Positions 28,651 through 41,176 of a stretch of 64,000 nt of DNA are shown here, one piece after another (position 1 is the stretch's first letter; each line of letters begins with the position of its first letter). The notes below the pieces were generated by a model. It saw nothing but the letters and a program-made list of their open reading frames with translations. It searched no databases and was not told the origin of the DNA. The translations under genes and the position numbers were made by a program. The DNA comes from an uncultured bacterium (GTDB lineage: Bacteria > Acidobacteriota > HRBIN11 > JAKEFK01). Location: positions 1,728,001 through 1,792,000 of the forward strand of contig CAVZQN010000004.1 in assembly GCA_963777505.1 (NCBI GenBank), in the 5' to 3' direction.

Positions 28651-29721
28651 ATGAAAAAACTGTGCAGCCTGTTTCTACTCATCTCTTTTACGGTGGCTTC
28701 ACTTGCTTACGCCGCATATCCCGAAGAGTATCCCATTTATCTTCGTATGCTTGGATTCTCAAAAGATGAAGTGCACTACATGCAAAAGGGAAGAATGGTT
28801 ACGCATTCGATTGAAAATAAAGCTCCCGGTGAATTTGGAATTGTTGCTGCGCAGGTTTATAACGTTCCCGTTTATTTTTTCAGAGACTTCTATCGATATG
28901 CCGAAAATTATGGAAGCATTTTGAATTTTCAACAAATCGGTAAATTCAAATCAAAACCAGACCTTCAGGATCTAAGAGCTCTCAGGTTTACGGAATCGGA
29001 TATGCGCGAATTCCTAAACTGCCGCACAGAAACCTGTGATCTCATGTTAACGCCTGATGAAAGAAAGCTTGTTCCTGAAAGTCCAGATATCAGTACATCA
29101 AAAGGAGTGGAAGCATTTACCGATGTTTACAGGCAAATTCTTCTTGACCGTTTGATGAAGTATAAGAGCAAAGGAATTCAGAGTTTTAATGATGCGGCTG
29201 AAAGCAATTACGATGTCTCATCCGATTTAGTTGAGGAACATCTTCACAGGTTTCCTCATATTCAGGCGTACTTTCCTCTTCTCCATAACCAGATTCTGGA
29301 ATATCCAAATACGAAAAACTTATCGGACGAATTCTTCTTTTGGACTAAAGAGCAAATGGGAGGGAAGACTATTATCAACCTGAGACACGTCTTCTCACAA
29401 AGAGTTGGCGAGGATTATGTCCAGGCTTCGATTTTGGTTTATAGCAGCCATTCATTTTTATCTTCTATCAACATCACACATTTGATCAATTACAGCGACA
29501 GGCAGGAGCCTCGAACTCTCGTAGTTTCAATGCAAAGGACAATTACAGATTTGCATGGAAATTTTATCAAGTCGATCGGACGGAATGTTTTACGTAGCAA
29601 TCTTGAAAGGCGTGCATCCGCATGGATAAAAGAAGTTGGTGAGACAATGGAAGAACGATATCTAAATAATGAGCTCTATCGAAATTTTCCGTATGGTTTA
29701 TTGGCTAGAGATCAAAGATGA
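28651..29721 (+). CDS. Hypothetical exported protein
   Basis: GGAGG RBS, signal peptide (..SLAYA), 356 aa; no family recognised. Confidence 0.75.
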   Translation: MKKLCSLFLLISFTVASLAYAAYPEEYPIYLRMLGFSKDEVHYMQKGRMVTHSIENKAPGEFGIVAAQVYNVPVYFFRDFYRYAENYGSILNFQQIGKFKSKPDLQDLRALRFTESDMREFLNCRTETCDLMLTPDERKLVPESPDISTSKGVEAFTDVYRQILLDRLMKYKSKGIQSFNDAAESNYDVSSDLVEEHLHRFPHIQAYFPLLHNQILEYPNTKNLSDEFFFWTKEQMGGKTIINLRHVFSQRVGEDYVQASILVYSSHSFLSSINITHLINYSDRQEPRTLVVSMQRTITDLHGNFIKSIGRNVLRSNLERRASAWIKEVGETMEERYLNNELYRNFPYGLLARDQR

Positions 29722-30104
29722 ATCGTCCTCCTTTAAAAGGAATCAGACATCTCGCCCTCAAAGTTCAAAATATGAATGCAATGCGACACTTTTATGTCGA
29801 TATTATGGGATTTGAAATTGAGTGGGAGCCTGATCCGGAGAATATTTATTTAACTTCAGGCTCTGACAATCTTGCCTTACATCAAGTTTCAGAAGTTGTT
29901 TCAAAAGGAGTGTTGGATCATCTTGGAATTCTCGTTGAGCATCCTGATCAGGTTGATTTATGGGCGGAATATTTGATTTCGAATGGAGTAAAGCTTAAAG
30001 CGCCGCCTCGAACACATAGAGATGGTGCGCGTTCTACATATTTCCCCGATCCGGAAGGAAATATGATTCAATTGATTTATCATCCTCCAATCAGCGGGAA
30101 ATAA
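29718..30104 (+). CDS. VOC/glyoxalase family protein
   Basis: IRHLAL, FY..IMGF, DHLG and YFPDPEGN. Confidence 0.9.
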   Translation: MNRPPLKGIRHLALKVQNMNAMRHFYVDIMGFEIEWEPDPENIYLTSGSDNLALHQVSEVVSKGVLDHLGILVEHPDQVDLWAEYLISNGVKLKAPPRTHRDGARSTYFPDPEGNMIQLIYHPPISGK

Positions 30105-30133
30105 GATTCACCGCAAAGACACAGAGTAGGTTT

Positions 30134-30907
30134 ATGGAAGCGAACATTCAAGAACAGTTGTTGTATGGCGATCTGACGGCACGCATCCGAAGACTATTAG
30201 AGCCGGTTGCGCATGATTCATTTTTATTTTTTGAAGACACAGTGCGATTGTTGGAGGCTGAAATTCCACCAGGCGCAAAAGTATTTGATGCAGGATGTGG
30301 ACGCGGCACGATTACAGCCTGGCTTGCGGCACGCGGCTGTAATGTTGTTGCAGTAGACTCAAGCAGTCAAAGAATTGCTCAAACACGAAATTTGTTGCAT
30401 GAGAAAGGACTCGATCAAAACATAAAACTGGAAGAATCACATCTTCCAGATGCATTTCCTGAAGATAGCTTTGATGTAATCCTGGATTGCTTTTCGTTAT
30501 GGCACATTTCCGATTGGGGAAGGCTCTTTAATCTAGCCAAGTTGAATCTGAAGCCTCAAGGCAAGTTCATCATTCTTGATACTTTCTTCGGATGGAAAAC
30601 AACCTTGGAATTTCGTCAGCAAATGCGAGAACTGTGGATGACGGCTCCATTGACTTACAATGAATGCCGCAACATGTTGATCAAGCGCGATTTCAGACTT
30701 GCAAAAGCTGAATCGATTCAAGATTTGTATTCAAAATATTTAGGCGCGCTCATTGCAAAAATTCATGAACTCGAAAAGGAAGATCTTGGTACGCTCGATC
30801 CTGCAGAACTACAGAAAGTGAAAGCGATGTGGGAATGGTTTCATAAAGCTGCGAAGGATGAAGAACTTGTTGCCACAATGATTGTCGCTCAGCTTACGGA
30901 GGCGTAG
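30134..30907 (+). CDS. Class I SAM-dependent methyltransferase
   Basis: VFDAGCGRG; SFDVI; LKPQG. Confidence 0.88.
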   Translation: MEANIQEQLLYGDLTARIRRLLEPVAHDSFLFFEDTVRLLEAEIPPGAKVFDAGCGRGTITAWLAARGCNVVAVDSSSQRIAQTRNLLHEKGLDQNIKLEESHLPDAFPEDSFDVILDCFSLWHISDWGRLFNLAKLNLKPQGKFIILDTFFGWKTTLEFRQQMRELWMTAPLTYNECRNMLIKRDFRLAKAESIQDLYSKYLGALIAKIHELEKEDLGTLDPAELQKVKAMWEWFHKAAKDEELVATMIVAQLTEA

Positions 30908-30912
30908 TCCGC

Positions 30913-32898
<1,986 letters not shown>

Positions 32899-32903
32899 GT
32901 TTA

Positions 32904-32980
32904 TACGGAGCGCGGACATCCTGTCGGCATTGCGGACGCGGACATCCTCCGCATTACGGGCCGCAGGCATCCTTGCCTGC
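32904..32980 (-). repeat. REP-like array x3 (family A), left bracket of the APH(6)-like gene
   Basis: Three minus-orientation hairpin units, partly degenerate. Confidence 0.8.
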
Positions 32981-33008
32981 GAGAGAATTTCACGAGTTTG
33001 TGGTTCGT

Positions 33009-33845
33009 TTATTCATCCAGCATCGGCCAAAGTCTCCGGGCCAGGGCAATCCTGCTGTAATCACGATCAATTTGAAAGCCATCTTCGATTGTCCAAATTG
33101 CGGAGAGAACTGCTTGGGTAAACGCCCAGGAAAGCACACGCATTGCATCGAGATTCAACTCAGATGCAAAGCGTTTGACTCGTTTCTGAATTGTTGAAGC
33201 ATTAGCAAACAACTCCGGCTTTTCAATCGGATTTCTCAGCGCGGCACCAATCTCGTATTCAAGTTCTCCGACAACGCCTTTTGGATCGATAGCGAGCCAT
33301 CCGCGCTCATCATCAAACAGTACGTTGCCGTGATGTAAATCGCCGTGTAAAAGCCGTACCCGCTTTTGTGAACGACATAAATTCAGGTACAACTCGTGCG
33401 CCTCCGAAAGCAGATCCTTTGGAATTTGTTTGTCACTACTCGCTGTATAGTGCTCGAATCCTTTACCCCAAACTTTCACAGTTGGTACAAAGTGCATTGG
33501 TTCTTGCGGTGACATTTTCTTAATCGTCGCAGCTAATGCGGTTGTCGCTTCATCATCATCTGTCATGCTCACGAGCGATTGGGCCGGACTTAAGCGTTCC
33601 AGTAACATCGCACCTTCGATGTATTTGTAGACTCTTACCATTCCGCGTCCATCAAATGCATCAAGTATTTCGCCTGCTCGCCATTCATCTCCGTAATTCT
33701 TGATAACCTTTAGCACAACCGGCTGTTTATCACGTTTGCCAAAAGCAATAATCGAAGTATCGGTTTCAGTAACGTGATCAACATCAACTCTCCATGTACG
33801 GACCCGCTCCTCAAATCGTTTCCGTAATTCAATCGATAAGTTCAT
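33009..33845 (-). CDS. APH(6)/StrB-like aminoglycoside/hydroxyurea phosphotransferase
   Basis: VLK, LLERL, LLHGDLHHGNVL and WLAIDPKG. Confidence 0.88.
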   Translation of the reverse strand: MNLSIELRKRFEERVRTWRVDVDHVTETDTSIIAFGKRDKQPVVLKVIKNYGDEWRAGEILDAFDGRGMVRVYKYIEGAMLLERLSPAQSLVSMTDDDEATTALAATIKKMSPQEPMHFVPTVKVWGKGFEHYTASSDKQIPKDLLSEAHELYLNLCRSQKRVRLLHGDLHHGNVLFDDERGWLAIDPKGVVGELEYEIGAALRNPIEKPELFANASTIQKRVKRFASELNLDAMRVLSWAFTQAVLSAIWTIEDGFQIDRDYSRIALARRLWPMLDE

Positions 33846-33878
33846 TGTGTGTACTCATGGCGTCTTTGCGGTTGAGCT

Positions 33879-33987
33879 TGCGGACTGGAAGTCCGCGGCC
33901 CGTAATGCGGACAAGGATGTCCGCGCTCCGTAATGCGGACGAGACGTCCGCGGTCCCTAATGCAGGCGGGACGCCTGCGGTCCCTTA
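33879..33987 (+). repeat. REP-like array x4 (family A), right bracket of the APH(6)-like gene
   Basis: Four 27-28 nt units with GCGGAC/GTCCGC or GCAGGC/GCCTGC stems. Confidence 0.87.
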
Positions 33988-35238
33988 CTATTCGTAGTGG
34001 AGTGCAAGGATCGGATCTTGTTTCGCAGCACGGCGGGCGGGGTAGAGGCCAAAGAACAATCCGACAGAAGATGAAACTGTAATTGCCGCAATCACCGCTC
34101 CTGGGCTGACTTTTGCAGGCAACGGTGTTACGGAATTTACCAATAAAGCGACAAGGGCTCCGGCACCGATTCCCAATGCGCCTCCAATCAAGCACAGTGT
34201 CACTGCTTCAATTAAGAATTGCCATAAAATATCACGGCTGCGTGCGCCTAAAGCTTTACGTAATCCGATTTCACGAGTTCGTTCTTTAACAGAAACAAGC
34301 ATGATGTTCATGACTCCAACGCCACCCACCATTAACCCGATTGAAGAAATGACAATCATCACCAGATAAATCGCGCCTGTAATTTGCTTATATGTATCGA
34401 TTAAATTATCCGGTGTTAGTACGCCAAAATTATTCGGTTGATCCGATCTGAGTCTTCGCTGTTTTCTTAATGCTGCAGTGCCTTGATCGATCGCTGCATT
34501 CATTAACTCTGGAGATTGAGGAATGCTCGCGATGTTGATTCCATTCTCACGATAAACATCTGGAAAGATTTTGATGAAAGTCGAAAAGGGGATGACGACA
34601 TACGTATCCCCGGACCCACCCATAAAACTTCCACCCTTTTTTTCAAAAACTCCAATGACTCTAAATTTGTAACTGTTTGCTGTGATGGTTTTGCCTACCG
34701 GATCCACGCCTCCTGGGAAAAGAGCCTCAACGATTGCTTGTCCGATAACAATTACAGAAGTTGCATGTTGTATGTCCGAATCGGTGAGGAATCTTCCCGA
34801 TGCAACGAACGTGTTGTTGCATTCATCGAATGTAGGTTCAACGCCGGCAAAGTTAACTCCTGTTGTTTTTTCATTTCCATATTTTAGAGTCATGTCCCAG
34901 TAATACGCTTCAGGTGAAACTGATTTTATGGCTGGAGAAAATGCGCGGATTGCTTGCGCATCTTCATGCCGCAATGGCGGACGTGCACGTTGTTCGCGTG
35001 TTGGGCGATGGAACGTGACTGGATCTCGTTTCTGAAACTGAATGAGATGTGGACCCATCGATTGCATCGTTTCCATCATGCTGGAATTCAATCCTTCAAT
35101 GACTGCAACCATACCGATGACAGCCATGACACCAATGACAATTCCAAGAATTGTAAGGAATGCGCGAAGCTTATTACTTCGTATTGATGTGAAAGCCTGC
35201 ACGAAGGCTTCGTTGACTGCGTATAAGTGTTTTTTCAT
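33988..35238 (-). CDS. MacB/FtsX-type ABC transporter permease
   Basis: [39 protein letters not shown]; ATGA overlap with upstream gene. Confidence 0.93.
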   Translation of the reverse strand: MKKHLYAVNEAFVQAFTSIRSNKLRAFLTILGIVIGVMAVIGMVAVIEGLNSSMMETMQSMGPHLIQFQKRDPVTFHRPTREQRARPPLRHEDAQAIRAFSPAIKSVSPEAYYWDMTLKYGNEKTTGVNFAGVEPTFDECNNTFVASGRFLTDSDIQHATSVIVIGQAIVEALFPGGVDPVGKTITANSYKFRVIGVFEKKGGSFMGGSGDTYVVIPFSTFIKIFPDVYRENGINIASIPQSPELMNAAIDQGTAALRKQRRLRSDQPNNFGVLTPDNLIDTYKQITGAIYLVMIVISSIGLMVGGVGVMNIMLVSVKERTREIGLRKALGARSRDILWQFLIEAVTLCLIGGALGIGAGALVALLVNSVTPLPAKVSPGAVIAAITVSSSVGLFFGLYPARRAAKQDPILALHYE

Positions 35239-36473
35239 TCCGATCTCAATGCAACAATCGGATCCAGTTTCGATGCTTTCATTGCAGGCCATAATCCTGA
35301 AACAAGGCCCACAGATGACGCGAGAAGCAGTCCTGCGATGACTGGTGCTGGTTCGAGCCGTGAAGGCAGAGAGCTGATAAGTGACACAAGTTTTGCAGCG
35401 CCCGCACCCAATGCCACACCGATCAAGCCACCGCTTGCGGCGAGTAAAATCGATTCAAGCAAAAACTGTCTGCGGATGTCGCGGCTGCGTGCTCCCATTG
35501 CTTTCCGAAGTCCAATCTCAGATGTGCGTTCTACAACTGAAACAAGCATGATGTTCATGATTACAATGCCACCTACAATAAGCGCGATAGAAGAAATACC
35601 CATCATTGCGGCAAATGCACCAGCAGTAAAAGTACGCCATAAATCGACAAGAGTATCTGTTGTTAAGATTTCAAAACCATCATCGTCATGGTATCTGCGA
35701 TGATGCCGTGCTCTTAATGCAACGCGCGCCTGATCTTGAGCTTGAGCCATTTGAGCGACATCTTCTGTGCGGACCATGATGAACAAGTAATTCTGTTTGC
35801 CGAAAATTTTGTGAAACGTGCTGATTGGAATTTCTACAACTTTGTCACGGCTTTCATGCAGAAATGTCCCGTATTTTTTAAGTACTCCAATCACTTGAAA
35901 ACGACGGTTGTTGATGTGTACTACTTTCCCGATCGGATCAAGATTCGGGAAAAGTCCATTCGCGATTTCGTGTCCCAACACAGTTGTATATGCGCTGTGT
36001 TCCTGCTCCCAATCCGTAAAATATCTTCCTTGAACGATTGTTCGTTTGGCGACATCTGACATATTCGCCGTTGCGCCATAGACTTCAGGATCTTCAATTG
36101 TTTCGCGTCCGGCAGCAACATCGACAGTGATGTTATTAAAAAAAGAAGGGACTACAGACAATGCGCCAACTTCCTCGCACAGCGAGCAATTCTCTTCTAC
36201 GATTTTCATATCTTCGAGTGTCATGTCCTTCCGTCGTTGTGCCTCTTCCCACTCTTCGTTATTTGTAATTAAGCCGAAACGATCGATGCGAAACGTATTG
36301 CTGCCGGCTTCTGTAATTGTGCTGATCACATAACGATTCATTCCTTGAATAATGGAAACAACCGTAATGACAGTTGTAACTCCAATGATGACTCCAAGAA
36401 GAGTCAGGAAGGTTCGAAGTTTATTTGCGCGAAAGGTACCTAAGACAAGCCGGAGAATTTCAAAGAAGCTCAT
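35235..36473 (-). CDS. MacB/FtsX-type ABC transporter permease
   Basis: [32 protein letters not shown] and [10 protein letters not shown]. Confidence 0.93.
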   Translation of the reverse strand: MSFFEILRLVLGTFRANKLRTFLTLLGVIIGVTTVITVVSIIQGMNRYVISTITEAGSNTFRIDRFGLITNNEEWEEAQRRKDMTLEDMKIVEENCSLCEEVGALSVVPSFFNNITVDVAAGRETIEDPEVYGATANMSDVAKRTIVQGRYFTDWEQEHSAYTTVLGHEIANGLFPNLDPIGKVVHINNRRFQVIGVLKKYGTFLHESRDKVVEIPISTFHKIFGKQNYLFIMVRTEDVAQMAQAQDQARVALRARHHRRYHDDDGFEILTTDTLVDLWRTFTAGAFAAMMGISSIALIVGGIVIMNIMLVSVVERTSEIGLRKAMGARSRDIRRQFLLESILLAASGGLIGVALGAGAAKLVSLISSLPSRLEPAPVIAGLLLASSVGLVSGLWPAMKASKLDPIVALRSE

Positions 36474-37188
36474 GAGTTGCGGCGGGCAGGGACGCCCGCC
36501 CTCCAACGTTTTCTGACGGATGATCTGATTCAACAACACCATCGCGCAACCGTATCACGCGATTTGCGTGGACTGCTACTTCAGGATCATGGGTGACCAG
36601 AATGATTGTATTTCCGCCTGAGTGAAGGCGGTCAAATAGATTCAAAATGTCGCGTCCTGTATTGGAATCGAGATTTCCGGTTGGTTCATCAGCAAGCAAG
36701 ATGGAAGGACGATTGATTAAGGCACGCGCGATGGCAACACGCTGACGCTGTCCACCTGAAAGTTCGTTTGGACGATGATGCATACGATCAGCTAAATCAA
36801 CTTCTTCCAGAGTTTTTTTCGCGCGCTCCAATCTTTCTTCTCTTGGGACATTGCTATACACAAGCGGCAATTGAATATTTTCAAGCGCGCTGTAGCGTGG
36901 CAGTAAATGGAACGATTGAAAAACGAATCCCACTTCTTTATTGCGGACTTTTGCAAGCTCATCATCGGTTAACGCGCTGACTGCTTGTCCGTTTAACCAG
37001 TATTCGCCTTCAGATGGTGTATCCAAACATCCAAGCAAATTCATGAGTGTCGATTTGCCGGAACCTGATGGTCCCATGATTGCAACGTATTCCCCTTTGT
37101 TCAATTCAATATCTACACCATTGAGAGCTTTCACTAGCTCTTCGCCCATCTGGTAGATTTTTTTTAGACCTTCAGTCTTAATGATCAT
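36460..37188 (-). CDS. ABC transporter ATP-binding protein (MacB/LolD-type)
   Basis: [26 protein letters not shown] and VTHD. Confidence 0.95.
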   Translation of the reverse strand: MIIKTEGLKKIYQMGEELVKALNGVDIELNKGEYVAIMGPSGSGKSTLMNLLGCLDTPSEGEYWLNGQAVSALTDDELAKVRNKEVGFVFQSFHLLPRYSALENIQLPLVYSNVPREERLERAKKTLEEVDLADRMHHRPNELSGGQRQRVAIARALINRPSILLADEPTGNLDSNTGRDILNLFDRLHSGGNTIILVTHDPEVAVHANRVIRLRDGVVESDHPSENVGGRASLPAATHELL

Positions 37189-38441
37189 TCTTTTGAATCT
37201 TTTTTATCTTTTTTGTCTTCTTCTTTCTTGACTTCGATTAAATCGCCTTCGTTGAGTTCTCGCAACGTCTGATATGTGCCGGTAACGATTTGTTCGCCGC
37301 CATTCAGGCCTTCCTTTATTTCGATATCCATATCGCCCATCACTCCAGTTTTTACCTGGCGGAATTGAGCTTTTCCCTGACTCATCAGAAAGACACCTTC
37401 TTTTTCACGTTCTTCTTTCGGTTTATTTTTTAAAGCTGAATCTTTTTCCCCAAGATCGCGGACGACGAGTGCCTGAATTGGGACTGTGACACACTTCTCG
37501 CGAACTGCAGTAATGATTTCACCATCGGCAGTTAATCCGGGACGCAAGTTCACATCCGGTTTTTGAAGAGTAATCGTTACTTTAAAATCCGTGGCTTCTT
37601 GACTGCCTGTGCCTTTTACAATTGGACTATTTCCGATTTCCGTGACTTCACCATAAAATTTTTTTCCAAGGAAAGCATCAACTGTGACAGTTGCTTTCTG
37701 GCCAAGCTCAAGCAAACCAATATCTGTTTCATCAACTTCGAGTTCAGCTTCCATAACTGAAAGATCCGCAACAGTAAGCAGAACAGTTCCAGGATTGTTC
37801 ATCGTTCCGATGACTGCGACTTCACCTTCTTCTACTGCTTTGCGAACAACAACTCCACTCATCGGTGAAACAACACGTGTTTTATTCAAGTCATCTTGAG
37901 AACGCTCCAGCCTTGCTTCGGCTTGCTCAACAGCATGACGAGCCGAACTTACGCGCGCTTGTTGGACTTCGAAATCGGTCTTACTTCTTTCATATTCATC
38001 TTCGGAGATCACACCCGATTTTTGATCCCACATTCTAGCTTTTCGTTTGTACGATTGTTCGGCTTGTTTGAAACTGGCAATTGAGGAATCGAGTTCGGAT
38101 CGTGCTCCGCTCAGCGAGGCTCTTGCGTTTGATACTTCTGCTTGAAATGGAATAGGATCAATCTGAAGTAAGAAAGCATCTTTACGAACGACGTCACCTT
38201 CTTCCAGATCGAGCTGAATTATTTTTCCAGGAATGCTGGCGCTAATATCGACTTTACGCTTTGGTTCTATTTTTCCAGATGCAGAAACCTGGGAAACAAG
38301 TCTTTGAGTCTTAACAAAGTCGGTTTGGACTTCAATGGTTTTGGTTCGATTTTTAGAGACATAAAAGGCTGCAGAAGCGCCGCCTAGCAGGAGGATCGCA
38401 AGTACAATCCAGAGTTTTCGTCGTTTTTTCAATGCAGCCAT
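37185..38441 (-). CDS. Periplasmic adaptor / membrane fusion protein (MacA-like)
   Basis: N-terminal TM, lipoyl half-motifs, SPMSG, VDETDI and LRPGLT. Confidence 0.92.
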   Translation of the reverse strand: MAALKKRRKLWIVLAILLLGGASAAFYVSKNRTKTIEVQTDFVKTQRLVSQVSASGKIEPKRKVDISASIPGKIIQLDLEEGDVVRKDAFLLQIDPIPFQAEVSNARASLSGARSELDSSIASFKQAEQSYKRKARMWDQKSGVISEDEYERSKTDFEVQQARVSSARHAVEQAEARLERSQDDLNKTRVVSPMSGVVVRKAVEEGEVAVIGTMNNPGTVLLTVADLSVMEAELEVDETDIGLLELGQKATVTVDAFLGKKFYGEVTEIGNSPIVKGTGSQEATDFKVTITLQKPDVNLRPGLTADGEIITAVREKCVTVPIQALVVRDLGEKDSALKNKPKEEREKEGVFLMSQGKAQFRQVKTGVMGDMDIEIKEGLNGGEQIVTGTYQTLRELNEGDLIEVKKEEDKKDKKDSKE

Positions 38442-38479
38442 TTCAAGATCAAAAATGAAAAATCAAAATAAAAATGAAT

Positions 38480-38722
38480 TTATTTTTTATCTTTTATTTT
38501 TAAATCTTTGTGAAATTCTACTTTGATTTCGCCAACGCCATTTACTTTTGCCCATTCTGAATAGCGCTGTTGAATCAATGTTTCTACAGCATGAGGTTCT
38601 GTTGTGTGAAGTTTCCCGAGAAAAAAACTCAGCTCTTTTACAACTTCATCGCCTTTTAAGATTTGTCCGGTGCAGCGGCCGGTTGACTCATGAAAAATCA
38701 CAACACACGTTCGTTCAGTCAT
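38480..38722 (-). CDS. Small hypothetical protein
   Basis: 80 aa, 4-bp overlap with upstream gene, same operon. Confidence 0.6.
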   Translation of the reverse strand: MTERTCVVIFHESTGRCTGQILKGDEVVKELSFFLGKLHTTEPHAVETLIQQRYSEWAKVNGVGEIKVEFHKDLKIKDKK

Positions 38723-39402
38723 AAGTTTGAATTGAATCTATCTTTCACCGATTTAGCAGCCAGTGAAAGGATTTTTTCGCCTGCAGGAACCGCGACAGTA
38801 ATTCGGTTTTCGTCGGGCGTTACAGGACAAGGAAACGTCCCACCATACGCACATGCAGGATTGTACGCCATGTTGAAATCAATCACATAAAGACCATTAT
38901 CTTTCTCGATCAAATCGATATAACGTCCGGCCGGATAGGTTTCTTTTCCGACATTTGCATCAATGAACGGAACAAATAACATATTTTGTTCCGCCAGATC
39001 CAGCAATCGATACACTTCAAGTCTGAATTCTTTTCCAGTTAGGAAAAATCTGATATATCCGTATTTTACTGCATCCCGTTGCACACCGGAGGTGGTGATC
39101 ATGCTGAATTTTTTCGGATCGGGATAACGATGAACTGGACCTTCAAATCGGAATTTCCAATCGATTGGATAATATTCAAGTCCTGAAAAAACGACTTTGA
39201 TCTCAGCAGGCAATGGAGAGTCAGCAGACTTTTTGAATTCGTCATCTTTTTTCTTGCGGAAATCGATAATCTCCGTTTCCATCCGCTTTGCCATGAAGCT
39301 ATCAGTGTGTACCGGATGAGCGATCGCATTGATGTCAGAAGAAGACTGTTGCCTGCATGCAAAGATGCTGATAACCGCTAAGACGCAAAGAATTTGTTTC
39401 AT
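38719..39402 (-). CDS. DUF1684 domain lipoprotein
   Basis: Lipobox IFAC; LFVPF.D; TYPAGRY; DFNMAYNPACAY..CP. Confidence 0.9.
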   Translation of the reverse strand: MKQILCVLAVISIFACRQQSSSDINAIAHPVHTDSFMAKRMETEIIDFRKKKDDEFKKSADSPLPAEIKVVFSGLEYYPIDWKFRFEGPVHRYPDPKKFSMITTSGVQRDAVKYGYIRFFLTGKEFRLEVYRLLDLAEQNMLFVPFIDANVGKETYPAGRYIDLIEKDNGLYVIDFNMAYNPACAYGGTFPCPVTPDENRITVAVPAGEKILSLAAKSVKDRFNSNL

Positions 39403-40703
39403 GGTTGCCAGCCCGAGCCCACGAGTTCTTCTAAATGCGAAATTTCTTTCGGACATTGTGTTGATAAAACTTTCGGCTCATTTGATGTAATGAGAACATC
39501 ATCTTCGATTCGGATTCCTATATTTCGGAACCGGCCGTCCTCATTATCATCTCCTACATAAATTCCAGGCTCAACAGTGATTATCATGCCTGGCTGCAAA
39601 ATTCGCCACTCGCCATTTTTTCGATACTTTCCAGCATCATGAACATCCATCCCCAACCAGTGGCTGGTTTTGTGCATGAAATATTTTTTGTATGTTTCCG
39701 TTTCAATGTTTTCCTGAACGCTTCCTTTCAACAAACCTGTTGAAATGAGCCCTTCGGTTAAAACCTGAACAGCCGCTTCATGGACTGTGAGTAGAGAATT
39801 TCCAGGCAATGCTTTTGAAATTGCATTTTTTTGTGCTTCTAAAACAATTTCATAAATCGCTTTTTGTTCAGGCGAAAATTTTCCACTTACTGGATACGTG
39901 CGTGTAATGTCCCCTGTGTAATATCCAAATTCTGCGCCTGCATCGACTAACAAAAGATCTCCATCGTTCATTTTTCTGTTATTACTGTGGTAATGCAGAA
40001 TGCATGTAAGCGGTCCTGAACCGACAATCGAAGTATAACCATTTCTCGGCGAACCGCTTGTGCGGAATATGTATTCCAGAACTGCCTGGATTTCATATTC
40101 AAATTTGCCAGCAGCTGCCGCTTTCATTGCACCAATGTGGCCCTTAACGGATATATCGATCGCTTTTTGAATGGACTCTAAATCCTCCGGCGTTTTGATC
40201 AGCCTCATTTCAGAAAGAATTTCAGAGGGATCCACAATTTCAGCCGGCGCTTCAACCCCGGAACGCTGCATCGATTTCATTTTCTCAAGAACAGCAAAAA
40301 TAATCCGGTCTGTTTCAGAATCATTGTTAAATGCGTAATAAAGTTTTTTGGCATTTTGAAGCAATTGTGGAAGAACATCTTGAAGTTCGTTCGTGGTATA
40401 AGCCCGGTTTGCATTGTAATTTCCAACAGCACCCTCTACGCCATTCCTTATGCCAGTCCAGGTTTCCTTTTCTTTATCGCGCGGTAAAACAAACAACGTG
40501 TATTGCTGAACTGGATTTGTAGGCGAAAGCACACAAACGGATTCAGGCTCTTCAAAGCCGGTTAGATAATAAAAATCGGAATCTTGTCTGTATTCATAAT
40601 CAACATCATGATTCCTTCTGCGCACCGGCGCTGCAAAAAAAACAGCCACACCGCCATCCATTTCAGCCATGAAGCGTTTTCGGCGTTCTTCGAAAATATT
40701 CAT
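39399..40703 (-). CDS. pepP: Xaa-Pro aminopeptidase
   Basis: YRQDSDFYYLTG, DAGAE..Y.GDITRT, HWLGMDVHD, TVEPGIY and GIRIEDD. Confidence 0.95.
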   Translation of the reverse strand: MNIFEERRKRFMAEMDGGVAVFFAAPVRRRNHDVDYEYRQDSDFYYLTGFEEPESVCVLSPTNPVQQYTLFVLPRDKEKETWTGIRNGVEGAVGNYNANRAYTTNELQDVLPQLLQNAKKLYYAFNNDSETDRIIFAVLEKMKSMQRSGVEAPAEIVDPSEILSEMRLIKTPEDLESIQKAIDISVKGHIGAMKAAAAGKFEYEIQAVLEYIFRTSGSPRNGYTSIVGSGPLTCILHYHSNNRKMNDGDLLLVDAGAEFGYYTGDITRTYPVSGKFSPEQKAIYEIVLEAQKNAISKALPGNSLLTVHEAAVQVLTEGLISTGLLKGSVQENIETETYKKYFMHKTSHWLGMDVHDAGKYRKNGEWRILQPGMIITVEPGIYVGDDNEDGRFRNIGIRIEDDVLITSNEPKVLSTQCPKEISHLEELVGSGWQP

Positions 40704-40730
40704 AATTTGGAGTGCGGAATGCGGGCCGCA

Positions 40731-40765
40731 ATTTCAGATTTCAGATTTTTGATTTCAGATTGAAA
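40731..40765. repeat. Heptamer repeat (ATTTCAG)n, left bracket
   Basis: Inverse of the (AATCTGA)n run at 41179-41229. Confidence 0.75.
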
Positions 40766-40788
40766 TTGAATGATTGTTGGATTGAAAT

Positions 40789-41127
40789 TCATGTGATTGG
40801 CTTGGAGGCTACTTCGTAACTTTTGTTGATTGCCCAATCAACCGACTCCTTAAGTGATTTAAATTTTGAGGCGTAACTGTCAATAATCTCGAATAAGGTC
40901 TTCATCAGTCATATTGACCTTCGCCGAGTCTCACACCCCAGATTTTGGCGATGACACGGATGCAAGATTTCATTAACTTCGCGAAGTTGATCTACTTTTT
41001 CAGCATTGGTCAATCGCTCGTCTGACCAAATTTCACGAACGACCACCGTGAGGTTATGCGCCAGGACTTCATAAAAATGAATTCGATTTGAATGAGCTAG
41101 AGCTTCTACTTGTTTGCTTGTAATCAT
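40789..41127 (-). pseudogene. Small hypothetical gene with cassette-like boundaries, frameshifted
   Basis: ORF 41127-40909 appears to continue in other frames to a TGA at 40789; GTTAGGT upstream and ATCCAAC downstream. Confidence 0.55.
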
Positions 41128-41176
41128 GACCGCTGTCTTACCTAACAGATGTTGTGCTTGTAGCTCGTTATTTCTA

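Noticed and set aside
33879-33987. CRISPR array (also 10564-10645 and 28480-28590)
   Set aside because: Units abut with no unique spacers, vary in sequence, and no cas genes are present; REP-like instead
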